Of a DNA stretch of 64,000 bases, positions 24,904-35,592 are shown piece by piece. This stretch comes from Chloroflexota bacterium (GTDB lineage Bacteria; Chloroflexota; Anaerolineae; Promineifilales; Promineifilaceae): NCBI GenBank assembly GCA_013112725.1, contig JABFFZ010000004.1:24147-88146 (forward strand), written 5' to 3'. Positions within the stretch are counted from its first letter, which is position 1; every line of letters begins with the position of its first letter. The position numbers were made by a program, and so were the translations under genes. The notes below the pieces were generated by a model. That model had not been told where the DNA came from, searched no databases, and saw nothing but the letters and a program-made list of their open reading frames with translations.

Positions 24904-26058
24904 TTACAAAAACCGGTAAAAGACCTGGTTGCTCAGGAACCAGCCTTTAGGCGTCAGGCGCAAACGGCCGTCGGCCAACGATAACAATTCCCACTCAACG
25001 AGTTGGTCAATGGGTTGGCCGTACACGTCCAGCAGCGATTGTCCAAATTTCTGGGCAAAGGCGGCCATATCTACTCCCTCGTCTAGCAGGCGCAGTTGGG
25101 TGATGAGGGTGTCGGTCATTTGTTCCTGACGGGTAAGGGTGTGGTGGGCGGCGACGGCCGTAGACAATGGATACCCCGGTGGCTCTGCCTGTTGCAGTCG
25201 CCGGATGTAGACACGCGGCTGCTTCACCACCTCATACCGGATACTTGCCGTGTGCCCGTGCGCTCCGGCGCCCAATCCCAGGTATTCGCCATTGCGCCAA
25301 TACGTCAGATTGTGTGCGCAGGCGTAACCGGGTAAGGCCCAGTTGGATATTTCGTAATGGTCGTAGCCATGCGCTGCCAGTTGTTCACAGGCCAGGGCGT
25401 ATTGGTCGGCGGCCAAATCGGGGTCGGGTGGGGAGATACGGCCGTTTTCCAGCCATCGTTTCATGGGTGTGCCCGGTTCAATGGTCAGGCAGTACAGGCT
25501 CAGATGGGCGGGCTGTAAAGCCAATACCGCCTGGACGCTTTCCGCCCATGAGGCCAGCGTTTGGCCGGGCACACCATAAATCAAGTCCACATTCAAGTTG
25601 GTGATGCCTGTCTGCCGCGCCAGTTGCACGGCCGTGACCACCGCCGCAAAATCATGTTCCCGTTCCAGCAGCGCCAGTTCACCAGGGTTGGCGCTCTGCG
25701 CGCCAAAGCTCATGCGGTTGACGCCCAGGTTGTGTATGGCCGTCAGGTAGGCTAAATCTACCGTGCCCGGATTGGCCTCCATCGTGATTTCGGCGGTTTC
25801 GGAGATGGTGAAATGGGTGTGGACGGCCGTTAAAATCACTTCTAACTCCCCCGGCGTCATCAGCGATGGCGTACCCCCGCCAAAAAACAGCGTGTGTGCC
25901 GGACGACGTTCTGCCCCCGCCACCTGCTGCACTTCCGCTGCCAATGCCGCTGCATAGTCTGGCTGTAAATCGGCCAGGCTGGTGTACGTATTGAAATCGC
26001 AATACGCACAGCGATGGCGGCAAAAAGGGATGTGGAGGTAGAGGCTGAGGGAATTCAT
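24904..26058 (-). CDS. hemW: Radical SAM heme chaperone HemW (HemN-like, oxygen-independent coproporphyrinogen oxidase family)
   Basis: LSLYLHIPFCRHRCAYCDFNT (CxxxCxxC radical-SAM cluster), then GGGTPS and the HemN C-terminal domain. ATG 26058 is preferred, because the ORF-track extension to 26160 runs through the intergenic repeat. Confidence 0.85.
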   Translation of the reverse strand: MNSLSLYLHIPFCRHRCAYCDFNTYTSLADLQPDYAAALAAEVQQVAGAERRPAHTLFFGGGTPSLMTPGELEVILTAVHTHFTISETAEITMEANPGTVDLAYLTAIHNLGVNRMSFGAQSANPGELALLEREHDFAAVVTAVQLARQTGITNLNVDLIYGVPGQTLASWAESVQAVLALQPAHLSLYCLTIEPGTPMKRWLENGRISPPDPDLAADQYALACEQLAAHGYDHYEISNWALPGYACAHNLTYWRNGEYLGLGAGAHGHTASIRYEVVKQPRVYIRRLQQAEPPGYPLSTAVAAHHTLTRQEQMTDTLITQLRLLDEGVDMAAFAQKFGQSLLDVYGQPIDQLVEWELLSLADGRLRLTPKGWFLSNQVFYRFL

Positions 26059-26122
26059 AAGTAGCAAGTGGCAGGTGGCAAGTAGCAGGTGGTGTATCAC
26101 CTGCAATCTGTTACCTGCAACC
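26059..26122. repeat. Repeat hairpin in a divergent spacer (GCAAGTRGCAGGTG units / CACCTGCAA units)
   Basis: aagtagcaagtggcaggtggcaagtagcaggtggtg tat cacctgcaatctgttacctgcaacc. Confidence 0.8.
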
Positions 26123-26217
26123 AAAATCAGGTTGTCTTCGCTGTCTGCATACCGTATCATACCAATACCAAAGTATTGTATCCACTCTGCCCACTAGCAG
26201 TATCAGAGGCAAAACCC

Positions 26218-27462
26218 ATGACAACAGGTTTCCTTCCCCAACTTGACAACCGGCGACTGGTGCGTATGGTCGAGATCAGCCGCATCCTCAATTCCGAAAC
26301 CCATCTGGATCAATTACTCTCCACTATTATCAAAGAGGCGGCCGAATTAACCGCAGCCGAAGCCGCTTCTATCTTCCTGCTTGATCCCCGCACCCGCCAA
26401 TTGTTATTTACAGCCTCATCCAACCCCATCCCGGCCAATATGGCCAACATCCCGGTCTCTCTGGATAACAGCATTGCCGGGGCCATTGTGAAGGCCAACC
26501 GGCCCATGTACATTCAGGACGTGTCTAACGATCCTCGTTGGAATAAAAACATTGATCAGGCCATTGATTTCCAGACCAAGTCCATTTTGGGTGTGCCCAT
26601 GCGGAATGGCAACAAGGAGCCGGTAGGGGTGTTGGAAGCGATCAATAAACAGGATGCCCCCCATTTTTCCCGCGAGGATTTTGAAACGTTGACGGTGCTG
26701 GCCGATATTGCCGGGGTGGCCGTGGAAAAGGCGCGTCTGATTGAAGAGTTGGAAAAAGCCAACAACGAACTGGCCGAATTGGATGAACTCAAAACAAATT
26801 TTATCGCCATTGCTTCCCACGAACTGCGCACGCCGCTGTCGGTTATTTTAGGCTATGTCTCGTTTTTGCGCGATGAGGCAGGGCCGGAAATGGCGGCGCA
26901 GATGGACAGTGTGTTGGGCGCAGCCGTGCATCTGCGCACCCTCATCCAGGATATGCTCAATTTGCGTTACGTGGATGCGGGGGAAGCGGCCGTGAACCGC
27001 GAACGAGTGGATTTTGTGGAAATCGTGCGGGAGATGAAGGCGCAGGTAGACGAAACGGCCGTAGCCAAGCAGCAAACTATCAACGTCAAATTGCCCAATA
27101 CTCCTGTCCCTGTGATGATAGATCGGGGCATGATTGAGGTGGTGCTGGGCAACCTGCTGGACAATGCCGTCAAATTTACGCCCCAGGGTGGCAGTATCCT
27201 CATCGCCGTACAGCCGCAAAGCTCAGAAGTGTGGTTCCGCATTCAGGATACGGGTGTAGGCATCCCCGAAAATCAGATCAACCGCATTTTCCGCCGCTTC
27301 TACCAGGTGGAATCGGCGCTGCGCCGTAGTTATGAAGGCATGGGGTTGGGACTGGCTATTGCCAAAGAATTGGTCGAGTTGAATGACGGCCGTATCTGGG
27401 CTGAAAGTGTAGAAGGGTTGGGTAGTGAATTTTTTGTGGCCCTACCCCGTGTAAATGTTTGA
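26218..27462 (+). CDS. GAF-domain sensor histidine kinase (no adjacent response regulator)
   Basis: N-terminal GAF domain (LLSTIIKEAAELTAAEAASIFLLD...). H-box SHELRTPLS, N-box LLDNAVKFT and G-boxes DTGVGIP / GMGLGLAIAKELV. ATG 26218 is preferred over the ORF-track start. Confidence 0.85.
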   Translation: MTTGFLPQLDNRRLVRMVEISRILNSETHLDQLLSTIIKEAAELTAAEAASIFLLDPRTRQLLFTASSNPIPANMANIPVSLDNSIAGAIVKANRPMYIQDVSNDPRWNKNIDQAIDFQTKSILGVPMRNGNKEPVGVLEAINKQDAPHFSREDFETLTVLADIAGVAVEKARLIEELEKANNELAELDELKTNFIAIASHELRTPLSVILGYVSFLRDEAGPEMAAQMDSVLGAAVHLRTLIQDMLNLRYVDAGEAAVNRERVDFVEIVREMKAQVDETAVAKQQTINVKLPNTPVPVMIDRGMIEVVLGNLLDNAVKFTPQGGSILIAVQPQSSEVWFRIQDTGVGIPENQINRIFRRFYQVESALRRSYEGMGLGLAIAKELVELNDGRIWAESVEGLGSEFFVALPRVNV

Positions 27463-27465
27463 GTT

Positions 27466-29454
27466 GTGATGTCATGCGATTTGCCCAATCGCGTTACCCA
27501 TGTGCCTATGAATTATCCTCCCCTATCTATAGAAAAATCAATCAAGCCTTTAGAACAAGGCCCGCTGCGGCAACTGGAGCCGCTAGAGCAGGAGATCTTT
27601 CAGTTGCGGCTGGAACAAGGATGGGAGGATGTGTTACGGCCGTTGCGCCTGCTCTATGGCGCGCGCCCCGATTTTGAGACCTGGCTCGGTCACTTTCTGG
27701 AAATCACGGCCAAAGCGTATGCGGCACGGCCGTCTGACCTGCGCCACCTCGATCTCCAGCGCGTCCATCAACCCGATTGGTTCCAACGCCCCGACATGAT
27801 CGGCTATGTGGCCTACACCGAACGTTTCGCCCAAAACTTGCCCGGCGTCCAAGATAAAATCCCCTATCTCAAAGAGTTAGGCGTCACCTACCTTCACCTC
27901 ATGCCGCTGCTTAAACCCCGCCCCGGCGCCAACGATGGCGGCTACGCCGTCATGGATTATCGCCAGGTGCGGCATGATCTGGGCACAATGAGCGATCTGG
28001 CCGAACTGGCGGCTCATTTGCGCCAAAACAGCATCAGTTTGTGCATAGACCTGGTGTGTAACCACACCGCCAAAGAACATGCCTGGGCGCAAGCCGCCTT
28101 ACAGGGCGACCCCGATTACCAGGCCTATTACCTCATGTTCCCCGACCGTACCCTGCCCGACGCCTACGAAAAAACTGTGCGCGAAATCTTCCCCGAATTC
28201 AAATCTGGCAGCTTTACCTATTACGAACAGATCAACCAATGGGTCTGGACGACTTTCAACGAATTCCAGTGGGATTTGAACTATGCTAACCCCGTCGTTT
28301 TTGCTGAAATGCTGGACATCATGCTCTTTCTGGCAAACCAGGGGGTGGAATTGTTGCGGCTGGATGCGGTGGCTTTTATGTGGAAGCGGTTGGGTACCGA
28401 TTGTGAAAACCAGCCAGAAGCCCATGCCATTTTGCAGGCGTTCCGCGCTCTCAGCCGCATAGCTGCGCCTGGTCTGCTGCTGAAAGCGGAAGCCATTGTG
28501 CCGCCGCCGCAGCTGGTGCCCTACCTGGGTGTGGGTGAAGCCACCGACAAAGAGTGTGAAATTGCCTATCACAGCGTCCTCATGGTCACATTGTGGAGCG
28601 CCCTGGCCGAACGGAAGGTGGTGTTGGCTACCCATGTACTGCAAAAAATGCCACGCATCCCGGCGCGCACCGCTTGGGTCACGTATGTCCGCTGCCATGA
28701 CGATATTGGCTGGGCCATCACCGAAGAAGATGCGGCCGGTGTGGGGCTGGACGGTTTTGCTCACCGCTCATTCTTGAGTGATTTTTACACCGGCCGATTT
28801 GCCGGTACCTTTGCGCGTGGCGCTACGTTCCAATTTAATCCGCAAACAAATGATCGGCGTGTCAACGGCTCCTGCGCTTCACTCGCCGGGTTGGAAATCG
28901 CCATCGAAAAAGAAAATTGGGGCGCGGCCGAACTGGCCATCCGCCGCATTTTGCTGCTGTACAGTGTCATTTTTGCCTTTGGCGGTATACCGCTGATTTA
29001 TATGGGAGATGAGATTGGTTTATTAAATGACCGGAGCTATGTGGATGACCCCGATCTGGCAGCGGACAGCCGCTGGATTCACCGGCCTTATATGGATTGG
29101 CAAAAAGCGGCCGAACGGCATAACTGGCAAACGATTACGGGGCGGCTGTTTCAGGGCATATGCCATCTGGTGGCGGCGCGTAAACGAACATTGGCCTTAC
29201 ATGCGCGCACGGCCGTGACCCCCGTCTGGACGCATAATGATCAGGTGTTGGGGCTGTTGCGCGAGAGTGCTTACGGCCGTCTCCTCATCCTGGCTAACTT
29301 TACCGAACAACACCAGGCCGTCAGCCGCAGCCGGCTGCAAGAATTAGGGTTTGGCGGTCTGCTCATCAATCGCCTGGATGAACAGTTCATTCCTCCCTGG
29401 CAAGACCTTCACCTGGAACCCTACCAGAGCCATTGGCTGTCGCCGGTTGTTTGA
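27466..29454 (+). CDS. Amylosucrase-like GH13 sucrose glucosyltransferase
   Basis: About 660 aa. GH13 regions are DLVCNHTAKEHAWA, GVELLRLDAVAFMWK, KAEAIV and YVRCHDDIGW. Amylosucrase-specific stretches are WVWTTFNEFQWDLNYANPVVF, FARGATFQFNPQTNDRRVNGS and ADSRWIHRP. These align by eye with Neisseria/Deinococcus amylosucrases. Confidence 0.8.
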   Translation: MMSCDLPNRVTHVPMNYPPLSIEKSIKPLEQGPLRQLEPLEQEIFQLRLEQGWEDVLRPLRLLYGARPDFETWLGHFLEITAKAYAARPSDLRHLDLQRVHQPDWFQRPDMIGYVAYTERFAQNLPGVQDKIPYLKELGVTYLHLMPLLKPRPGANDGGYAVMDYRQVRHDLGTMSDLAELAAHLRQNSISLCIDLVCNHTAKEHAWAQAALQGDPDYQAYYLMFPDRTLPDAYEKTVREIFPEFKSGSFTYYEQINQWVWTTFNEFQWDLNYANPVVFAEMLDIMLFLANQGVELLRLDAVAFMWKRLGTDCENQPEAHAILQAFRALSRIAAPGLLLKAEAIVPPPQLVPYLGVGEATDKECEIAYHSVLMVTLWSALAERKVVLATHVLQKMPRIPARTAWVTYVRCHDDIGWAITEEDAAGVGLDGFAHRSFLSDFYTGRFAGTFARGATFQFNPQTNDRRVNGSCASLAGLEIAIEKENWGAAELAIRRILLLYSVIFAFGGIPLIYMGDEIGLLNDRSYVDDPDLAADSRWIHRPYMDWQKAAERHNWQTITGRLFQGICHLVAARKRTLALHARTAVTPVWTHNDQVLGLLRESAYGRLLILANFTEQHQAVSRSRLQELGFGGLLINRLDEQFIPPWQDLHLEPYQSHWLSPVV

Positions 29455-29701
29455 TACTGGCGCATAAATCAAGTTGTTGTTACAATGCCGTTCCTGTGAT
29501 AACAACGCATCATAGCAGGCAGGTACTATTTTCCCACTTTAACATCCGCCAAGGATCGGTATCATTTCCTCAATCATGGGCCCTTGATCTCAGTCAAACT
29601 GCCCCAACCCCCACCAATGGAGGTGAAATTTATTGGTGTAATTCCCTTTTGTCATCCCACTTGTCTACAAAGTCTGTTTACCCGATTCAACAATAAATAG
29701 C

Positions 29702-32700
29702 ATGGAGAACAATATGAATACAATGAAAAAAAGCGGGTTATTGCTGGCAGCCATGCTGGTGGCTGTCCTGGCCATTACCGGTATAGTCATGGCGCGCGAA
29801 AGCGATAACGCCGCGCAACGGCCGTCCGGCAATACCGATGCCCTGGCGATTGCATTGACCTACCTGGATCAAAACAAAGCCGAACTGGGCTTAACCGCGG
29901 CCGACCTGGCCGAAGCCAGAGTTACCGACACAACTGTTAGCCGTCTTACCGGTGTCACCACCATTTATCTGCTGCAACAGTTGGGTGGCATTGAAGTTTT
30001 TAACGGTCTCATCAATATCAGCATTATGCCCAACGGTGACGTCCTGACGGTGGGCAACCGGTTCGTCTCTGACCTGGCCGGTTCCGTCTCTGAAAGAAAC
30101 GCCAGCGTCAGCGCCGAGCAGGCAGTTCAGGCAGCCGCCGCTCATCTGGATCTGTCCATACAAGGGTCACTGCAAATCATTGAGCAGGCCAGTAGCGCCT
30201 CTCAGGAAACGCTGTTTTCTGATGGCGGCATTTCCCAAAACCCCATCCCGGCTAAACTGGTTTACGACACGTCTGGCAAAACGCCCCGCCTGGCCTGGAA
30301 CGTCATTATTTACCAGCTAGACAGCCAGCATTGGTGGAATGTACGTGTAGACGCCAACACCCGTGAAGTTCTCTCCCAAAATGATTGGGTAGTAAACGAA
30401 AATTTTGATGCTCATGCAGGCGGCCACAGTGGGGTAGCAGCCGCGCCCTTGGCGCATACGGCCAATAGCGCCAGCGAGCAGTCCCAACAGGTACCTTATG
30501 GCCCGACGCCGGTGGCCGATGGCAGCAGCTATCGGGTGTATCACCTGCCGATAGAAAGCCCCAACCACTCATCACCGCCTTCTCCGGCGGACGGCCGTAC
30601 CCTGGTAAATACACCGGCCGATGCGGGTGGTGGTTCCCCCTTTGGCTGGCATGACACCAACGGAGCAGCCGGTGCTGAGTTCACCACTACGCAGGGCAAC
30701 AACGTCCACGCTTATACCGATCTTAACAACGACAATTCGCCCGATCCCGGTTCCAGCCCTGATGGCGGCGCCGGACTGGACTTTGACTTCCCCTTAGACC
30801 TTTCGCAGCCGCCCAGTGCATACCGCCCGGCAGCCGTGACTAACCTGTTTCACTGGAATAACCTGATGCATGATGTCAATTACCGCTACGGTTTTGACGA
30901 AGTAAATGGTAATTTCCAGGAGAACAACTATGGCAATGGCGGTTTGGGTAGCGACTATGTCAATGCTGAGGCACAAGATGGTGGTGGCACCAATAATGCT
31001 AATTTTGCCACACCTGCCGATGGCAGCAACCCCCGGATGCAAATGTACATCTGGACCGCCCCCACTCCGGACCGTGATGGTGATTTGGACAACGGCATCA
31101 TCGCCCACGAATACGGGCATGGCATTTCCAACCGCATGGTTGGCGGCCCCAGCAACGTGGGCTGCCTGGGCAATAGCGAACAAATGGGTGAAGGTTGGAG
31201 TGACTGGCAGTCTGTCATCATGACGATGCGCACAGGAGATACAGCTACGACCAATCGCGGCGTTGGCACCTATGCGTTGAACCAACCGATTAACGGTGTG
31301 GGTATCCGCCCGGCTCCATATAACACCGACATGTCGATCAACAACTACACCTATGCCAATCTGCCCAGTATGGCCGTTCCCCATGGCGTTGGTTTTGTGT
31401 GGAATACAATGTTGTGGGAGATGAACTGGGGCTTGATTGCTGAGCATGGATTTAACGAAGATCTATATCTGCCCAATACACCACCCACCACATGGTCTGG
31501 TAACCAACTGGCGCACGCCCTGGTGACACAGGCTTTTACTCTGACACCCTGTAATCCTGGTTTTGTTGACGGCCGTAATGCCATTCTGGCTGCCGACGTG
31601 GCCCTGACCGGTGGGCAAAATGCCTGCACCATTTGGGCGGCGTTTGCCAAACGGGGTTTGGGTTTCAGCGCCAGCCAGGGCAGCAGCAGCAGCATCAGCG
31701 ATGGTACCCCGGCGTTTGATATGCCGCAGTCCTGCCTTACATTGGGGGTCACGCCCACTTCACAGGATATTTGTCAGGGTGCTAATGCTGTCTACGTTGT
31801 AGACATAGGCACCGCCTTCACCCCGCCTGTGAACATGAGCGCCACCGGCAACCCTGCCCCCTCCACGGCTACCTTCAGCCCCAATCCGGTGCCGACTGTA
31901 CCGAATACGACAGATCTAACCATCGGTAATACCGGCAGTGTCCCTGCCGGCAGCTACACCATCAATATCGTTGCCACCGATGGCACTGTCACTGATAATG
32001 CCGATGTAGACCTTAATGTCTTTGCCGGCGCTCCTGGTGCTACCACGCTTGTCTCCCCGATCAACGGGGCAATTGGTGTGGCTACCTCGCCTACTTTTGA
32101 GTGGACGGCCGTTGCCAATGCCACCGATTACTTACTAGAAGTGGCCTCAGATGCCGGGTTTAGCAACATTGTATACAGCGCCAACACAGCAAGCACCACC
32201 CACACGGCTGGTTCAAACCTGAACCCGGATACCCTCTATTTCTGGCGTGTGACCAGCAATAACCCTTGTGGCACGGGTGCGGTTTCAACCACATTCACCT
32301 TCCGTACCGCGTCTATCCTTACCGTATGCCGCACGCCGGGTCTGGCCATCCCGGATAACAACCCGGCCGGTGTCAGCGACGTCATGAACATTGCCACCAG
32401 CGGCGCCATTTCGGATGTAGACATCTACGTCAATGCCACCCACACCTGGGTAGGCGACGTGCGTTTCGTTATCACCCACAATGCTACGGACGCTACCATC
32501 ATTGATCGGCCTGGCGTACCAACCAGCACCTTTGGCTGTTCCGGCAATGACTATGATGTCACCGTCAACGATGAAGGCCCGGATGGCAACATTGAGACCC
32601 AGTGCGCCAACGCTCCGGCCATTTTCGGCGACCGCGTCGGCGGCGACCCGCCCAGCGCCAGCCTGCTGGCTGCTTACGATGGCATGGATGTTAGCGGCGA

Positions 32701-34549
32701 TTGGACCATCACCGTTTCTGACCATGCCGGTGGTGATACCGGTACATTGGTTGAATGGTGTGTCATTGCCAGCCTGCCGCCATCCGGTGGCCCGGCCATT
32801 GACCTGGAAAAGACCGTCAGCACCGATGGCTCCTGCGGTAATGTAGACGCGCTCACCGTTGATTACGGCACAGACGTGACCTACTGTTACACCGTGACCA
32901 ACACCGGTACCGTCACCCTGACCAGCCACACGCTGGTAGATGACCAGTTAGGCGACATCTTGACCGACTTCCCCTATTCCCTGGCGCCAGGTGCATCTGT
33001 CTTTATCACCGAAACGGCCGTCTTGACCCAAACTACCACCAACACCGCTATCTGGACAGCCACCGACGGCGTCGACTCAGCCAGTGACGTGGACAGCGCC
33101 ACGGTGACAGTGGTTAGTACGCCGGTTATTGATGTGGCACCGGAATCACTCACGTCGGTTCAAGGCCCCGACACCACCACTACGGAACTGCTGACCATCA
33201 GCAACGTTGGTACGGGCATTCTGGACTGGACGATTGCCGAAGAGCCGCCGGCTGTGGTGATGACGGTGAGACCGGCTGCGCCGGCCAACCCCAGCCACAC
33301 AGACCGGAGCGAGGACACGGCCGTGGCGGTCCCGGCCGGCAGCGCTGTTCGTAGTGTGCTGCCCGCTGCCCAACCCGGCTTGATTCAGGGTGATTTCTCC
33401 GAAGGGTTCGAGGATATTACCACCTTGCCGGGCGCTGGTTGGGCGCAAATCAACAACAGTGCGCCGTTGGGTTCCACCAGTTGGTTCCAGGGGAACAGCG
33501 CGGTATTCCCCGCCCAGGCAGGTTCGCCCACCTCATACATTGGGGCTAACTTCAACAACACCAGTGGCGTTGGCACTATCAGCAACTGGCTGTTGACGCC
33601 AGAGATTAACCTGTCCGATGGCTCTACGTTGACGTTCTTCACGCGGACGCCTACGGGCAGCATTTGGCCGGATCGTCTGGAAGTGCGGATGAGCACAGCC
33701 GGCAGCAGTACCGACGTGGGCACAACAGCAACCAGTGTGGGTGATTTCACCAATTTGTTGTTGGAGATTAATCCTAACCTGACCCAGGGTGGTTACCCGG
33801 AAGATTGGACACAGTTTACCGTGAATCTCTCCGGTGTAGGCGCGCCTACTACCGGGCGGCTGGCCTTCCGTTACTTTGTGACAGATGGCGGCCCCAGCGG
33901 CAACAATTCCAATTACATTGGCATTGATACCGTGGCATACACCTTTGCTGCGCCGCAAGGACAGTGCAGCGCCCCCAGTGATGTGCCCTGGCTGAGCGTC
34001 TCCCCGGCAGCTGGTTCCACCGGCGGTGGGCAGTCCAGTGATGTGGTTGTCAGTTTTGACTCTACCGGTCTGACGGCCGGCAACACCTACACGGCGACGC
34101 TTTGTGTAGAAAGTAATGACTCCGTTACGCCGTTGGTAACGGTGCCGGTGACATTGACTGTTGTGGCGCCGGTGTACGGTGTGGCGCTTTCTGATGACCA
34201 GGCAGCGAGTGGCGAAGCTGGCACGATGGTCACTTACACATTGACGGTAACAAACCTGGGTAATGTGAATGACACCATCGCCCTGACTGCTGCCAGCGCC
34301 TCAGGCTGGACGGTTGAACTGTCTGATGCTACTGTTTCGCTGAATGCCGGCGCCAGCGCCGATGTGACGGTGACAGTTCACATTCCAGCCAACGCCAACG
34401 ATGGCGATATGGACGATGTGACCGTGACTGCTGCCTCGCAAGGGGAGCCGGCGGAGATGGATACGGCCGTGCTGACCACAACGGCCGTCGTGGAAACACC
34501 GCCACCGTCTGGTAACTTCATTTACCTGCCCATCATCTTGAAGCCGTAA
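29702..34549 (+). CDS. Giant secreted M36 (fungalysin-type) metalloprotease with P-domain, FN3-like, choice-of-anchor-J-like and multiple Ig/CARDB-like domains
   Basis: 1615 aa with an N-terminal signal/anchor. An FTP-like propeptide ([21 protein letters not shown]) precedes the M36 catalytic core, with HEYGH at nt 31106-31120 ([13 protein letters not shown]). A proprotein-convertase P-domain-like segment follows ([13 protein letters not shown]...[26 protein letters not shown]). A choice-of-anchor J-like segment is also present ([22 protein letters not shown]...[12 protein letters not shown]...LEVRMS). The protein ends in the hydrophobic tail [11 protein letters not shown]. Confidence 0.85.
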   Translation: MENNMNTMKKSGLLLAAMLVAVLAITGIVMARESDNAAQRPSGNTDALAIALTYLDQNKAELGLTAADLAEARVTDTTVSRLTGVTTIYLLQQLGGIEVFNGLINISIMPNGDVLTVGNRFVSDLAGSVSERNASVSAEQAVQAAAAHLDLSIQGSLQIIEQASSASQETLFSDGGISQNPIPAKLVYDTSGKTPRLAWNVIIYQLDSQHWWNVRVDANTREVLSQNDWVVNENFDAHAGGHSGVAAAPLAHTANSASEQSQQVPYGPTPVADGSSYRVYHLPIESPNHSSPPSPADGRTLVNTPADAGGGSPFGWHDTNGAAGAEFTTTQGNNVHAYTDLNNDNSPDPGSSPDGGAGLDFDFPLDLSQPPSAYRPAAVTNLFHWNNLMHDVNYRYGFDEVNGNFQENNYGNGGLGSDYVNAEAQDGGGTNNANFATPADGSNPRMQMYIWTAPTPDRDGDLDNGIIAHEYGHGISNRMVGGPSNVGCLGNSEQMGEGWSDWQSVIMTMRTGDTATTNRGVGTYALNQPINGVGIRPAPYNTDMSINNYTYANLPSMAVPHGVGFVWNTMLWEMNWGLIAEHGFNEDLYLPNTPPTTWSGNQLAHALVTQAFTLTPCNPGFVDGRNAILAADVALTGGQNACTIWAAFAKRGLGFSASQGSSSSISDGTPAFDMPQSCLTLGVTPTSQDICQGANAVYVVDIGTAFTPPVNMSATGNPAPSTATFSPNPVPTVPNTTDLTIGNTGSVPAGSYTINIVATDGTVTDNADVDLNVFAGAPGATTLVSPINGAIGVATSPTFEWTAVANATDYLLEVASDAGFSNIVYSANTASTTHTAGSNLNPDTLYFWRVTSNNPCGTGAVSTTFTFRTASILTVCRTPGLAIPDNNPAGVSDVMNIATSGAISDVDIYVNATHTWVGDVRFVITHNATDATIIDRPGVPTSTFGCSGNDYDVTVNDEGPDGNIETQCANAPAIFGDRVGGDPPSASLLAAYDGMDVSGDWTITVSDHAGGDTGTLVEWCVIASLPPSGGPAIDLEKTVSTDGSCGNVDALTVDYGTDVTYCYTVTNTGTVTLTSHTLVDDQLGDILTDFPYSLAPGASVFITETAVLTQTTTNTAIWTATDGVDSASDVDSATVTVVSTPVIDVAPESLTSVQGPDTTTTELLTISNVGTGILDWTIAEEPPAVVMTVRPAAPANPSHTDRSEDTAVAVPAGSAVRSVLPAAQPGLIQGDFSEGFEDITTLPGAGWAQINNSAPLGSTSWFQGNSAVFPAQAGSPTSYIGANFNNTSGVGTISNWLLTPEINLSDGSTLTFFTRTPTGSIWPDRLEVRMSTAGSSTDVGTTATSVGDFTNLLLEINPNLTQGGYPEDWTQFTVNLSGVGAPTTGRLAFRYFVTDGGPSGNNSNYIGIDTVAYTFAAPQGQCSAPSDVPWLSVSPAAGSTGGGQSSDVVVSFDSTGLTAGNTYTATLCVESNDSVTPLVTVPVTLTVVAPVYGVALSDDQAASGEAGTMVTYTLTVTNLGNVNDTIALTAASASGWTVELSDATVSLNAGASADVTVTVHIPANANDGDMDDVTVTAASQGEPAEMDTAVLTTTAVVETPPPSGNFIYLPIILKP

Positions 34550-34585
34550 GCAATACGCGTCGTCAGAAAGCGTAGAAACGGGTAT

Positions 34586-34629
34586 AAAAATGGGGTGGTC
34601 TACAACAGACCACCCCATTTTTTCTTTTT
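34586..34629 (+). terminator. Rho-independent terminator of the M36 protease gene
   Basis: AAAAATGGGGTGGTC tacaaca GACCACCCCATTTTTTCTTTTT is a perfect 15-bp stem followed by a T-run, 37 nt after the stop codon. Confidence 0.9.
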
Positions 34630-34640
34630 GGAGGTCTTGG

Positions 34641-35549
34641 ATGATGGATACGGGGATTTTGTTTGGTGGCATTGAAGCGGGTGGCACCAAGTTTGTGTGT
34701 GCGGTGGGCACGGGACCGGGTGATATCCGCGCGGAAATACGGTTTCCCACCACGACGCCGGCAGAAAATTTGAGCCAGTGCCTTGCTTTTTTTCGGGAGC
34801 AGGGGGATCGATATGGGGAATTAACGGCCGTAGGCATTGCCTCGTTTGGCCCGGTAGACCCTGATCCCCGGTCCTCGACCTTTGGCTACATCACCACCAC
34901 ACCCAAGCCGGGTTGGGCCAATACTGATTTTGCCGGTGTTATTGGCCGGGCGCTAGGTGTGCCCGTTGGTTTTGATACCGATGTAAACGGGGCGGCCCTG
35001 GGTGAATGGCGATGGGGAGCGGCACAGGGGCTGGATACCTTCATCTACCTGACGATTGGCACAGGCATTGGTGGCGGCGTGATGGTGAACGGCCGTCTGC
35101 TGCACGGCCTCATTCACCCGGAAATGGGGCATATCCCTCTACCACACGATTGGGCCGCTGATCCCTTTCCAGGGCGCTGCCCATATCATGGCGACTGCCT
35201 GGAAGGTATGGCTTCCGGCCCGGCCATTGCCGACCGCTGGGGGCAGCCGGGTAGTGATCTACCCTCCGACCATCCCGCCTGGGAGCTAGAGGCGCATTAT
35301 CTGGCGCTGGCGTTGCACAGTTTTATCTGTACCCTGTCGCCACAGCGCATTATTATGGGTGGGGGGGTGATGGCTCAGCCCCAGATTTTCCCGCTGCTGC
35401 GGCAAAAGGTACAGGCCAGTTTGCGCGGTTATGTGCAGCATACGGCCGTGTTGGAAAATATAGACCGTTACATCGTTCCCCCCGCATTAGGGGGGCAGGC
35501 CGGTGTGGCTGGGGCTATCGCCCTGGCGGAACTGGCCAGTAAGCAGTAA
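34641..35549 (+). CDS. ROK-family fructokinase (Mak/GmuE type)
   Basis: GGAGG RBS and ATG at 34641. N-terminal [16 protein letters not shown] motif, DVNGAALGE, and the Zn motif GHIPLP...[17 protein letters not shown] typical of ROK fructokinases. The ORF-track start at 34590 lies inside the terminator. Confidence 0.8.
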   Translation: MMDTGILFGGIEAGGTKFVCAVGTGPGDIRAEIRFPTTTPAENLSQCLAFFREQGDRYGELTAVGIASFGPVDPDPRSSTFGYITTTPKPGWANTDFAGVIGRALGVPVGFDTDVNGAALGEWRWGAAQGLDTFIYLTIGTGIGGGVMVNGRLLHGLIHPEMGHIPLPHDWAADPFPGRCPYHGDCLEGMASGPAIADRWGQPGSDLPSDHPAWELEAHYLALALHSFICTLSPQRIIMGGGVMAQPQIFPLLRQKVQASLRGYVQHTAVLENIDRYIVPPALGGQAGVAGAIALAELASKQ

Positions 35550-35588
35550 CCATATACTGCTTACTGCTCACTGCTTACTGCTCACTAC
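35537..35588. repeat. Heptamer-repeat hairpin (CAGTAAGCAGTAA / ACTGCTT ACTGCTC x2)
   Basis: cagtaagcagtaa ccatat actgcttactgctcactgcttactgctcactac. The 5' arm encodes the last residues (SKQ) and the stop of the fructokinase gene. It lies between convergent genes. Confidence 0.85.
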
Positions 35589-35592
35589 TTTT

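Noticed and set aside
28099-28764. 221-aa minus-strand ORF, with similar ones at 2582-3274, 10320-10973, 30794-31447, 32285-32929, 44485-45132 and 46988-47644
   Set aside because: All lie antisense within confidently identified genes (amylosucrase, M16, PIG-L, M36 protease, permeases, SBP). They are typical long shadow ORFs.
29455-29701. Riboswitch or sRNA in the 247-nt spacer upstream of the M36 protease
   Set aside because: Only a weak hairpin (GTTGTTA..TAACAAC, about 29476-29506) is visible. I could recognise no conserved riboswitch core, and no terminator or anti-terminator pair.
34590-34640. N-terminal extension of the fructokinase ORF ([17 protein letters not shown])
   Set aside because: These codons are the stem-loop and T-tract of the upstream terminator. 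A GGAGG RBS precedes the internal ATG at 34641.
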